From the NCBI GenBank assembly GCA_958009085.1, contig OY253673.1, positions 1,116,001 to 1,180,000 on the forward strand: a stretch of 64,000 nucleotides of DNA. The letters are read 5' to 3'. Shown here in pieces: positions 39,201 through 51,190 of the stretch. The translations under genes and the position numbers were made by a program. Under the pieces are notes generated by a model. That model did not search any database, was not told the DNA's origin, and was given only the letters and a program-made list of their open reading frames with translations. Origin of the DNA: Protoeuglena noctilucae. Taxonomy: Eukaryota. Position 1 is the first letter of the stretch. Each line of letters starts with the position of its first letter.

Positions 39201-42048
39201 GGTGACGGTGGCGCTGGGGCCGAGGCTGCGATGCCGGGGGCTGGGCCTGCCAGCGCTAGGGGAACGGGGCGTGGGGCGCGGAGTGACGGGGCCGTGCTCG
39301 CGGACGCGAATGGGCAGAGCGGAGACGCGGCGGCCGAGGCCTTGGCGATTGCGATGGGGCATCTCGTCAGGGGGTCTGTGACGGGTGCCGGGGTCGTCGG
39401 GCGGAGGCATGCGCGCGGGGAGGGGTGGGCAGGGCGACTGCGGAGCGCTGCGGGTGAGGGGCGAGGCTGGCAGCGCAGGGTTCAAAGCTTTGGTACGAAA
39501 ACATAATCCTAGCCAGGCAGGGTTGCACCGACTGTGGGCACCGTCTTAGCGCACGAGGGTGAGCATGCCAGTCCTGAGGTTTGCTCGTCTCTTGCAGATG
39601 CGTGGCGGGCGGCCACCCTCGCGCACATGGCGGCGGCGCAGCACGAGCAGCAGAGGGCCGCGATCGCGGGGCAGCGGAGGGCGCAGGGCGCGCGGAGAGC
39701 CGTGCAGGCGAGTGCAAGGGCGGGCGTGGAAGCGAGACAAGCCACGGTGTTTGAGCGACTCGCCTTGGGCAATCAAATCTCGCCTCATCTATCACGCTCA
39801 CTTCGATATTCAATTCCCCACCCGTGTCCCTAACTCCCCTCGCAGGCCTCACACAGCGCGCGCAGCCTGCCCGTCGGTTCAAATGCTGCGGAGTCGGCGC
39901 AGGGAGACGCGGGGGCCTTGCTGCCGCTCTTGCGGCGACACGCGGCGCAGTGTTCCCGCTCGGACCTCTCCACGCACCAATGCGTCTTTGTGCCAAGCAA
40001 GTCGTACCTGTCGATGGTCGCTGCCAAACGCGACGCTGCTGCCACGCGTCTCCAGGTCGCCTGGCGCGGGGTGGCTGCCCGTCGGCTCGCCTCGCGTTTG
40101 CGGGAGTGGAAGCGGTCGACGGGGCTGCACGCCGCTGCTGCTGCCATCCAGGCTGTATGGCGCGGCTGGCGGTGGCGGGCCTCTGGGGCCATCAACGCCT
40201 TGCGAGAAGAACGGGCGGCGCGGTTGGCAGCGGCGGAGGCGAGGAGGACAGCGGCGGTGACCAAGCTCCAAGCGGCGGTGAGGACGACGCTCCACGCAGG
40301 GCAAGCAACGCAGGCTTGGTGTCATCTGTCGTGTTATATGCATCCCCACGCCCCGGTCTCCGACGTCCATCGCAGTTCCGAGGCCACGTCGTGCGCCGCC
40401 GCCTCCGCAAGGCCCTGCAGGCATGCGGCGCGGCCCCGGTCGCGTGCGCGTGGCTTTTCCGAGCCGCGCCCGCCCGCCCCGGCCACTCGGCGCGCCGGGG
40501 CTACGGGCGAGGCAGGGCGGGCCGAGACGACGACGACGACGATTTGGAGGAGATCGGCGATGACTTTCTGGCACCGCCGCCAGACCTGGCCGCGGAGCTG
40601 GGTCTTGACTTCGACCTCACCAGGCCCGCGCCGGTGTCGGCCATCGCCGCTCTCCGGGCGTCCACGGGGACGGTGCGCGCGCCGGAGCGCCCGGTGGAGC
40701 GAACGCAGGTCGCACGCAGCCAGGCCTGGGCCACGCCTGGGGAAACCTCGGCTGGGCCGTCGGGGGCGGAGCGACACATGCCACCCCTGCTGGCCTCTGC
40801 GGCACCTGCGGTTGCGGCGAAGCCCTCTTCTATCCCTGTTGCGGCGACATCAGCCCCTGCAGCGGACGTCCGCGCATCGTCGGGCATTGCGGCGTCGTCA
40901 GACATCGCGCGCCGTGCCGCAGCTCAGGCCGCGGAGGCAGAGGCGCGGGCGCGTGCCCGCGTGCTGCAGCAGATGCTCGAGCGCGGCGCGGCGCCCGAGT
41001 CCGTGGCGAGGCTCAGCCAGCTCTGGCCCGGCGCACGGGGTACCTCAGGTGCTGCGGGGTCCGGCCCAGGCAAGGGCAACGCCCCAGGCGCACCCGCGCC
41101 GTACCCGCGGGTGCCGTACCCAGGTCTCAAGAGCCAGGACCGCCCGGGCACGTCCGGCTCGGGCAGCGGCGCGGGCGATGGCGGCGGCGCTGGGGGTTTT
41201 GGGCCGTCGCTAGCCGGGGAGGCCTCTGCCGGGGCCGGGCCCGGCGGGGCGGCGTCTCCCGCAGCGGATCGGAAGCGCGAGGCTCACGAGGACCGGGTCA
41301 AGCGCATGGTGGAGGAGTGGGGGTTCAAGGACGCAAAGACGGCCGAGGCGTACTTTAAGATGGTCAAGAAGCGCCGCCGCATCCGCGAGGGCGACAAGCA
41401 CATGGCGAAATACAAGGACCCGGAGGCTCGCCTGGACCGCCTGCGGAGAGCCATCCAGGCGGCGCCTCCTGTCGAGGAGCTGACGCGGAGGTGAGCTGGG
41501 CACCACCCACACCCGGGCAACGCACGGCTCCGCTGCAACCAGCTGGCGCGCGCTTGATCGTCCGTCTGTGGTGCTGTTCGTGCGCCGATGGGATGCCGAG
41601 CGCATCTCTGCCTCTTGGTGCCTGCCAGCCTTGTCGGGTGTCTGGGCGGTGTGTCATATCGTGGCAAGCCCCCCGCCTCCGCAGAGAGCGGCAGCACGGT
41701 CCTGAGCTACCCCTTCACCAGGGCCGCATGGACCTCGAAGCGCCCGCGGTGCCGTCTCCCGGGGTGGCGCCCCGACCTGGGCCCAGAGAGGACGGCCGTG
41801 CGTGGCAGCCCGCGGGACAGGGCCAGGGTGGCACGCCACTCCGCGGGGAGGGCTCCTCTGCGCACGCCAGCGAGCACGCCAGCGCGCGGCGGCCGCTGCC
41901 AAACGAGGTGGCCTACCGCGGGCCCAGCGTCGGGCGCAGGCTGGGCGACCGCCTCGAGGCCGCAGCGATGGAGGCGCGCGAGGTCGGCATCGACGACCTG
42001 CCGGGAGTGGCGGGGATGCCTTGGGGAGTGCGCGCCGCGAGACGATGA
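33268..42048 (+). CDS. Large LRR- and IQ-motif protein, LRRIQ1-like (3' exon uncertain)
   Basis: N-terminal DLEAEVRRELDAL, EAR-rich coiled coils, SDS22-like LRRs (37490-39040), IQ motifs LQVAWRG, IQAVWRG, LQAA-FRG, and C-terminal EEWGFKD..TA. Both termini resemble LRRIQ1 as I recall it (not database-checked). Confidence 0.7.
36472..36665 (+). repeat. Exact 96-bp tandem duplication inside a coding exon
   Basis: Two identical copies starting at 36472 and 36568, encoding AALQGFLPASSSRAPRECWGDEGASNSGGVKG twice. Confidence 0.95.
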
Positions 42049-42368
42049 GAGCCGAGACATGCTTGGCAGGATGAGTGTGTGCATACCCTTGTGTTCTGGC
42101 AGGACGGCGCTGAATAGGCTCTTTCAGAGCGTGACTAGGACAGTAACTGTTGCACGTTGAACGGACTAGCGCTTGTGCGCAGCACAGTGCTAGCGTCACC
42201 TCGTCCCGCGCCGGTGAGACGCTGTGCCTCCGCGCTGCATCGAGAGACGAAGCTCCCTGGAGACGCATCGACATCCTACGGCGCGCTTGCACGCAGAAAC
42301 GGCTCCTTTCTTGTGATTGTTGCTCCCGCCGGGGTCCCGCCCGTTTGTGCGCGCTGACCGGGGTCAGG

Positions 42369-43397
42369 ATGGCCGAGGAGGGTGGCGCAGCTGGGCCCAG
42401 CGAGCCCATGCCGACGGAGGAGGAGCTTCTGCGGGACGGGAATTTGGACACGGCGTTCCGGGACTTCCTGAACGAGATGAAGTCGGTGGACAGGGACAAC
42501 GAGGTCGAGCGCATCCTCCGTGCCTTCAAGCTCAACCCGTACGAGCAGCTGGGTGTTCGCTTCGACGCGAGCGAGGACGACATCAAGCGCGCGTACCGCA
42601 AGACGTCCCTGATGGTCCATCCGGACAAGTGCAAGCACCCGCACGCCAAGGAGGCTTTCGAGGTCCTCGGGCGTGCGCACAAGCTCCTGACGGGTGGGCC
42701 GCGAAGCCCGCGCAGCCGCGGATTCCGCCTGGCTCGGCACGCATATGACGCAGCAATTTCGTTTCTTTACGCAGGAGCCGAGAACCCGGAGCTGATGGAG
42801 GACATCAAGCAGGTCGTGGAGTACGCGCGCGAGGAGCTGCGCAAGGACGTGCGGAAGGAGCAGCGGCGCGACGTGACGGCCAAGCTGGCGGCTTTGATTC
42901 ACGAGGAGGGTCAGGAGGGCGTGCTGAGCGAATACGAGCTGTCGGAGGAGTTTCACGACCGGTGGCGGGCCAAAGCACGGGAGATGCTCGCGCAGGCCGA
43001 GTGGCGCCGGCGCAAGATCCACCAGCGTTCGGCCGAGGAGAACAAGCGGTTGGAGAAGCAGCTGAACGAGATGCACGAGAAGGAGGTCAAGGCCAAGGAG
43101 CACGGGCGCAAGTGGGAGAAGGCTCGCGATCAGGTGCGGCCACGCCAACTTGCAGGCCACATCGCACCGCGCCGTGCTTGCGCGCCGGGTGCAGCCATGG
43201 GTGCCGACCTGCCAAGGGCTTGCCGCGACGTGCTGTGCCGCCCTTGGCCGCAGCGGGTGGGGGCGTGGCGCGACTTCATGAAGACCAAAGGCGCGAAGGT
43301 GGTCAAGAGCACGGGCATGCCCAAGAACCGCGCCGAGGACCCAGACCGTCTGTACGTGCGGCGCGTGGCGCAGGGGGCAGACCACTTCAAGGATTGA
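42369..43397 (+). CDS. DNAJC8: J-domain protein, DNAJC8/SPF31-like
   Basis: VERILRAFKLNPYEQL..IKRAYRKTSLMVHPDKC, WEKARDQ-RVGAWRDF. Introns 42694-42774 and 43134-43253. Confidence 0.9.
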   Translation: MAEEGGAAGPSEPMPTEEELLRDGNLDTAFRDFLNEMKSVDRDNEVERILRAFKLNPYEQLGVRFDASEDDIKRAYRKTSLMVHPDKCKHPHAKEAFEVLGRAHKLLTGGPRSPRSRGFRLARHAYDAAISFLYAGAENPELMEDIKQVVEYAREELRKDVRKEQRRDVTAKLAALIHEEGQEGVLSEYELSEEFHDRWRAKAREMLAQAEWRRRKIHQRSAEENKRLEKQLNEMHEKEVKAKEHGRKWEKARDQVRPRQLAGHIAPRRACAPGAAMGADLPRACRDVLCRPWPQRVGAWRDFMKTKGAKVVKSTGMPKNRAEDPDRLYVRRVAQGADHFKD

Positions 43398-43478
43398 ACC
43401 CAAACAGAGCCACCAGCGCCGATGGATGGAAAGCGGAGATCGCTGAGTTGCACTTACAGGTGCATGCTTGAGCCGCAG

Positions 43479-45423
43479 CTACTGCGGATCGGGCCGCATC
43501 GGCGCTTGCCGCTCGCCGGTGGTCTCTTGCCGCACGCGCCCGCGCTCCCCCGGGCGCCAGTTGGGGTTGGCCATGCGCCACGCGCGAATGTTCTTCCGAA
43601 TGACGTCCGCGATGTCCTCGGCCGTGTTGTTCTGCGAGACACGCTAGGGACTGCCTGGTTCCGGTGGTTGCAACAGAGGGGCAGAGAGCGTGGAGTTGGT
43701 CCTACAGCAGCGCAAGCGAGGGCTGCGTGGCACTCGCCCTGCCGAAGAAGGTCAGGAAGTCGCCGTTGGGGTCGATCATGTACATGATGATGGAGTGATC
43801 GACCAGGTAATCGCCCTTCTCCTCGTTGGTCTTGTGGAAGTAAACCCGGTATGCCCTGGCCGCCTTCTTGACTGCAATCGCGTGGCAGGAGGTGCGGGTC
43901 GCCCATCCGACGCGCTGCTGCAAGCAATCAGTGGCACCAGCAGCACAAGTAGCCACGGACAGGCAGCTGCCTCATGCTTGAGCCGCGTTGGAACGTTGCG
44001 TGCCCCAGACCATCTACGCGCCTTGCTCCATGGTCCCGGTGAGCCCCACGAAGCGAGGGTGGAAGTCCTTCAGGTACGCCTTGACCGCCGCGGGCGTGTC
44101 GCGCTCGGGGTCGACGGAGATGAACACGGGCGTGACGGGCACCTGCATGGATGCAGAGCACAACCCAACACGTCACGTAACAGAGGCGGCGTAAGGCACA
44201 GGCATGACGGACCACCGTGGCACGGTAGACTTGCTGCTTCGAGAGGCGCGGCCTGGCCTCTTCAAATGCAGGACTGCGCCCTCGGTTATACTTGTAGCCA
44301 CGCAGCTGCACTGTACCTGGGAGACCGCCTTGTCTGCCAGGTTGATGCCCTCTGTGATCTTGTCCAGCTCGTCAGGACAGATGTCCGGGCAGAAGGTGAA
44401 CCCGAAATAGATCAGGGCGAAGTTCCCCAGCAGGTCTTTGTCCGTGAATGGCTTGCCCTGCAACCCACAGCACGGAACTTCGTCGACAGGGTGCGCCACC
44501 ACTCATTACATGCAGGCTGGCTAGGTCGCAAAAGACGGTCCCTGGACGTCCTGCGGGTTACACAAACACTGCCGCATCGCCAACTCACCTCCGTGTCCAC
44601 CAATTCGAAAGGCCCTCCGACCGCAGCCCTCCCCACGGCACCCTGCTTGGGGATCGAACGCATGACCTCCTCCTTCCTCTCCAGAAATGCGAAGCGGTAG
44701 AAAATGTACGTCGCTCCTGTGGACGGATAAGGCCGGCGGCGTGGCTGGCAGTTGCAGGCAAGGGCCGGAAGCACGCTGGCTGTGGCAACGCACCCAGCAC
44801 TGCTGCCACGGAGCCCCAGGTGATGGGCCGAGTGTACGAAGTCGAGCCCTTCCCAGCTCCTGGGGCCACGGGTGTCTCTTGTGGTGGCGGGCGCGTCTCC
44901 CCGGCGCCCGCGTCGCCCTTTCTCCCCTCGCGCTTCGGCACCTCCTGCAAGGATGGCAGGCGTCCAGGTCCCGCGCGGCTCGAGCGCAGATAGCACGGCC
45001 TCATCCACACGTACGTAAAACGCACCTTTGTTCCGCGACCACCTCCAGACGAGAAGGCACGGCCACGCCATCGCAAAAGCCGTGCCCACGGCTCCCTGGC
45101 CCATTCAGGTCCTCCGGCGCTGGATGTGGCGTGGAGGGATGACAAGAGGCGCTCGGAATCCCCCACAACCTGCGATGGAAACGGAAGCATGCGGCATGCA
45201 TCGCCAGCAGCCCTCTGCATCAAGAAAGGTGCCCTTAGCAGTCGCGTGGGCTGATCCCGCGCGGATGGGCTCCGAAGAGACCAAGCTAGCACGCCGATGG
45301 CAGTGTCGCGCTGAAATCAAGGCACGACGGTCACCCAGGCGGCCGGCCCACCTGCGAGGTCTGCGAGCTGCGAGCCCCGCCCCAGGCGAGGCCCATCCCT
45401 CGCTGGAGGGCCCGTCGCATCAT
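43479..45423 (-). CDS. SCO1: Mitochondrial cytochrome c oxidase copper chaperone SCO1/HCC1 (start approximate)
   Basis: [59 protein letters not shown]. Presequence-like MMRRALQRG. Confidence 0.93.
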
Positions 45424-46283
45424 GACGAGATGCGCTTCTTTGATTGGAACAGTGCCCAGTAACGAAATGAGTCCGTGGCTGATTTGTGCACGCTGCCAAA
45501 ATGCACAAGCCGTGCCGCACGCACCTGGCACCGTGCCAGTACGTTGCCCCGTGTGTGAATTTGTTGGTGCCCAGCGTAGGCCACCGTGACCTTCTATGGC
45601 GCAAATGCCGCACTGAACGCGACCCAGGCTTGCAGCATTCCATTCAACCGGCACAGGAGCCAAGCCTTGCCTCTGCTCGAAGCATGAGAAACGGTGGCCT
45701 GGACAGCCGGGGACAAGGCGCGACTAAGGTCGCAAAGCAAGATATTGAGGGCTAGGTGTGAAACGTTGCGCCTGTCGCGCCACGCAATCCGCAGTCGTCC
45801 CGACGTGGGCGCAACAGCAAGGGCAGCGATGGTGTAAGGGGCGTAGAACAGTGGGGCAAAACTAATCCAGCTCAGTGAGAAAAGGGGGGTTATAGAGTCT
45901 GGGAGACATGGCCTGGGAAGGGAAAAGCGCGCTGCAACCACTGGGAAACACTGTGAGCTGCCAGCCAGGCGCTGTCGCAAATCGCAGGTCGCTCCACACA
46001 CAGACACACGGAACGTGAACGGAAAAGGATTCTGTGGGCACCCATGCTGGGACTTGACGCGTGATGGGGGAGCGGTGCTGGCTGCTCCATCCGTGGGGGC
46101 TCCGGCCGCTGGGCCGCTGGGGACCCAGCGCCAGGCGCCCCTGTCAGGCCATAAGTCCGCGAAGCCGGTGGGGCTGCTATCCACCGTACTTTCCGTAGCA
46201 GTTGCCGTGTTGTCTTGGAGTTTCCGAGCGAGTGATGTCGATATCCATGTCGATGTGGCACGGGCGTTGACGCCCGCCTGCTG

Positions 46284-49200
46284 CTAATTCGTGTCATTGC
46301 AACTCACGACGGCCCGGATTACGTCCGGGTCCATCGCGTGCACGAGTCCCGTGTGCATCATGCCCTTCCCTGCGAGCAGGCAAGTGGCTCACCGTGTTAC
46401 TCGTAAGTTGTCAACTGTACCAAAGCAAGTGTGCCTGGCCAGCTTCCCCCAAGCCTGGTCATTCCCAGACCACCCGTTTCCTCCTACAACTCACCCTTGA
46501 CGTCGATCGTCTCTCCCTTGACGAGCCGCAGGACTTCTTGGGGCAGCGCCCCGGCTGTCTGCCACGACAGCCGCACGTACCCGGGCTTGGAATTGGACTC
46601 CATGCGGGACGCCACGTTCTGAGAGGAGACAGAAAGGTGGCACAAGTTCACCGACAAAGATCACCCGCGTGTTTAAAGACGCACAGAGCTCGACGCGTGC
46701 GCCCCGTAGCACGTCACGTCGCCTACCGTCCGTGTGACGAGAGATAGACCGGAGAACAAATGCGTGATTCGTCTTACCAGGGTGTCCCCGCAGAGGGTGA
46801 GCAGCGTGCGCTTGACTCCCAGCACGCCCCCCGCCACCGGCCCAGTGTGCACCCCCACGCGGATCTCCAAAGGCCCAGAGCCGTCGGCCTTCTGCACCTT
46901 GGACGCCAGGGCCACCATTGAAAGGGCGATGCGCAGGGCCACCAGCTGATGGTTCTTGCAGGGCGACAGGAGGTTGACGGCCACCACGTACGCATCTCCC
47001 ACCGTCTCATACTGCGGGGGTGGGAGTGAGGGTGGCGAGGTGAAAGAGTGGCGAGAGGAGATAGCAGAAGCTCGCATGCGGTCTGTCGATGCTTCTTGGA
47101 TGCTTGTGACAAGGCCAGTGCATGCTTGCGAGACCGGAGTCGCAGCACACGTCGAGGCTTGCGGGAACCTGTCAAGGCCGGCAGCCAATTTTTCTGAGGC
47201 TGTCACCTTGTAGGCCCCCGGCACGGCGTCGACCATCGAGTCGAGGCGGGTGAAGTAATCGTGGAGCATCGAGAGGACCGCCATGGGTGCCGCGTCCGAG
47301 GACATGGTCGTGAAAGAAACCACGTCACTGCAGGCACCACACGCATCGGGTAAGCCATTGTCAACGGCACCATCACTGAAGCCACTTGGCACGAGAGCAC
47401 CCGAGCTGGCTTCCACGGTTTCGCAAGGACGGCTGAGAGGCAGACGAGCGGGGCAGAAGAGCCGATGGGGGCACGAGTAAGGGTGCTTCTCGGCTTGCCT
47501 GAAGATCATGGTCACGTCCTGGTACTCTCGTAAAAAGACGGGGCTGCCCGGTACGTTGGTCCACGGCCGCTTGGTTGACCGGGGGGTCCCCTGCCCCTCC
47601 CGGTTGGACATCTTGTGCACCCCGCTGCGGTCCGGAGCAAAGATGCTGTTCTTCTTCACAAAGCTCTTCCCGGACTCCTCGGGAGCCACCGACCGCCGGC
47701 GCCCCCGGCCACTCGAGGCCGTGTCTGCAGGGAAGCGTGCAGGGGCAGCAAGGCTCAACGAGCGCCACTGGACCTCTGGCCAGCACGTCTGCCAGACACC
47801 TCGGGCGCTGCCAGGAGCATGTATGCTTGAAGCATACATGACCTGACTCACCCAGCTGTTGCTTGATGGACCCCCGCGCGCCGTCGGCCACGTTGGACGA
47901 GCACACGTGCATCGGCAGGCCCTCGTCCTCCCGCGACGCGATCGTGTCGGGCGACGGGTGCACCCGGTGCGCATGCTCCGTCTCAGTCATCCGGTCCTTG
48001 CCGCTGTCTCCCTTGGTCGTCCCGATGGTGCTCCTGGCGTGCACGATGGCCCGCCGCTCATCCGCGGATGTCCTCATGTTGCGCATCAACGCGTCCGCCA
48101 CCTCCTCCGGCACCAAGTTGCTGATCACCGTGTCACGGAAACGAATGGCGTCTGCGCGAGGCATGGCTGGCTTGTCGCGATCGATACTCACGAAAGTGGT
48201 GCAGTGTCGCCCAAGCGTGCCACAGGGTTGTGCTAGCACAGGCGCATGCACATAGGAGCGTGGACGCGCAGTCCACCATGAGCTGTGTGTCCCGTGGCGT
48301 GCCTCACCCATGGCCGTCTTGCGCTGCAGGCCGATGACCAGGATGACCAGCAGGGTCCAGGCAGGGTGCACGTCCAGGGGCCCCTGCTTCATGAGTCCAA
48401 TCGCCTGCGTCAAAGGCAGATTGCGTAACAGTCGTGCGCTCCGCAGCCAGCAGCGCCAGGGTGGCTGCACCACCCTGCCCCGCGCGCTCACAAGGAGGAT
48501 GACGAGCCCGACCGTGGTGGCCCAAGCCAGTGCGTACTGCACCAGGTTGCGCATCGTGATGACGCGCAGGAAGCCGTCGACCGCTCGTCCTAGGGGAGTG
48601 AGGAACTCGACGGCTCTGTGGAAGAGCAGGGCCGGCCCACGGGACGGCGACGGGGCAACTGAGGCAGGTTGGAAGTTGGCCAGGCCGCCCGAGCTGAGGG
48701 TGATACGGAAGGTGGCGGTGGCGACAATGCAGAGGATGCCGGCACCGATGACGCTGCCCCAGGGGATGCGGCCATTGGGCCAAAGGGCTGGGTTGGCGCC
48801 GTACACGACCACGCAGGCCATGCTGCCCGTCGATGCCAGGAGCTTCTTCAGAAGCAGCTTCCAGTTGGTTCGCCACGTCATGGTGGCGTTGAAGAGCGCG
48901 AGCGCCAGGCTGATGCTGCGGGGGGTGAGGCGGTAGGGAAAGGCAAGTTGATTCAACAGCGGAAGCAACGAGAGGTAGCCTGTGTGGCCAGAGTTGGCCA
49001 GACGAGCGAGGACACACATGCGTAGTTTGGAGCCACAGTTGTTCACCCCTAATGCTACCCCCGCCTCACCAGATCAGGTCGCTGACGGTGGCCCGGATCC
49101 CGACGTCAGACCGCACCCTGCTCCCCGGGATGAGGATCATGGACGACATGAGGCGAGGGAGCAAGAGGAACATGTTGATCCTCCAGGGCGAGTCGACGAT

Positions 49201-49813
49201 GTAGATGCCGAGGGCCAACAGGGAGAAGAAGATGTAAAGGACCACGGACGTGATGGAGATGATGGCCGAGTCGCGGCAGTACATGGACTCGTGCTGCGTC
49301 TGCATCGATGGGAGGGAGGGCACGTGCGTGCATGTAAGCGAGCAACGAGAGGCTTGCAGCACGGGAGCCCTCTCGCTGCTGACCTGCAGGACCGCGTTGA
49401 GCCACGACTTGGCAGAGGTGCAGTGCTGCAGGACCAGGTACTGGTGCCAGTAGGCTGTGGTGAAAACCAAGGCAGCACACAGGAGGCACGTCGCGATGGG
49501 GTGGTCGAAGCGCGTCGCGGTCGCCTCACGGAGGAACAGAGCCCTGCGGCACGAGCATAGGCGTGGCAAAGGGTCAGGCACATTGCTGCGCAGACCATGC
49601 AGTTACCCTGGAGCAAGCGTGGGGCGAGGGCGCCTCGTGCCTGTAGTGCAGGAGCTGCTGCTCGAACCGGCCTGTCGTTTTGACCTGACCGGCACCGCCG
49701 TGATGGACCTCCAACGCTGCCAGTGCATCCACGAGGTCCGCCTCCTTCTGCCACCGCAGGGCGGCGAGCTGCGCCGGGCGTGTCATGGAGTCCTTCGGGT
49801 TTATCTGCATGGG
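46284..49813 (-). CDS. Membrane-bound class III adenylate/guanylate cyclase (~8 hydrophobic segments plus one catalytic domain; 5' end uncertain)
   Basis: NLVPEEVADAL, VTMIFSDVVSFT, YKYETVGDAY, IRVGVHTGPVAGGVLG, GDTLNVASRMES, IDVKGKGMM. Confidence 0.88.
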
Positions 49814-51190
49814 ACGAAGCATCGGGGCATTGGGAGTGAGGCCTTCGTCACACGGTCAAATGGCCTTCCCGCTGCCACTCCGGACGTGCAGCCAAAGCGC
49901 AAGTGGCAAGTGGCCTTGCCTCGAGAGGTGCGCCCGCATCTGCATGGCCAATGACCATTTGCCGCGCGCCCGGCTGATCCGCACTCCCTCCCCGCGCGTT
50001 GTCGGGATAGACTTTGGCCGCGTCGTGCAGCGTGCGTATCGTGTGCGTCCTCGTCTTGGGCGCAGCGAGGCTGCCGTTCGGCACAATCACCAAGGCCCGA
50101 GAGCTCCTGCATTGTCGGGGAAAGGGCCCATTTGCCGCGCTTGCTCAGCAGCAAACCCAGAGTCCGACAGTGCGGCATCCAACCCGCATGCGGCAAACTC
50201 ACGGCCGTGGCTCATGTCCTCGCAAATCATGGGCCTGCGAGCGCGGCGGGCGAAGCACAGGCTCTCTGAGGCTGTGCTTCAGGGCCAGGGTACATTCATA
50301 CGCTAAAACGACGCGGCGTGCTGTGCCGCCGACCTGCAGGGTGTCGTGGGCCACGACGTGGCTCCGTTGCCCAACATCGCCAACACACGGTGCGTACCCC
50401 TCCGGCCCGGGCCCCTCTGGCTCCCTGCGGACAGCGGAAGCCCAATCTTTCCGCGCTGCCCGACTACCTCGGCCGTCGAGCCGCCGCAAGCGCTTTTGAA
50501 GGCTGAGCTGGTAGGAGGGCCTGCCCGCCTCTGTTCCGACTGCCGAGGCCACCAGGATGCCTTACAAGATTGCAGCTTAAGCGCCGCGGAACCACGACAC
50601 AGGGCGACGTCCCCTGCCGGACCGCCGTTGGGTGACACTTGCCGAGCATTTGCGGGTCGGCGAGCGCTCGGCGAGCCGAGACGGCCCCACGGAGCAGGCG
50701 CGATTCGCATGACCGGCAAGGAAGTATCACATCGAGCAGTTCACCTGAACGTGGCGCCCTCTCCGACCCTCCCTTCGCCCCCTTCCATCTTGGAGGGGAA
50801 TGAGGGGGAGTGGTGCTCCCCCCGGCCCTCCGCGCCAACGATTCTGTACGAAAGCTTTTGTGTCTTATCAGGCGGCGACTGCACTGGCGACTCGGCTCTC
50901 GGCTGTCGAGCTAGTGACGTTCAGATGCGTCCAGATGCAACCTGGGGGACCCCAGCTCCGTATAAAGCCGCCGCCTGCGGCGCATTGTTGTCGCAGACGA
51001 CACCGCCGGCTCGCGAAGGGGACTGGTTGCCCTGGCGCAGTGTTCTGCCAGTGCCCTACGCGTGACTGGGCAGTGCAGGCCCCCACCATCTGCTTCAGCG
51101 CGTGTTCCGCCTCGCATCTGACTCCGCATCACGACTTGCGCGACCTGTAGCAGCAGGCCCCCCGGGGCAAAGCATACCGGTTAATATCGG

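Noticed and set aside
48310..49560. Rhodopsin-guanylate cyclase
   Set aside because: No retinal-binding DxxxK motif in the last helix and no opsin helix-3 signature seen.
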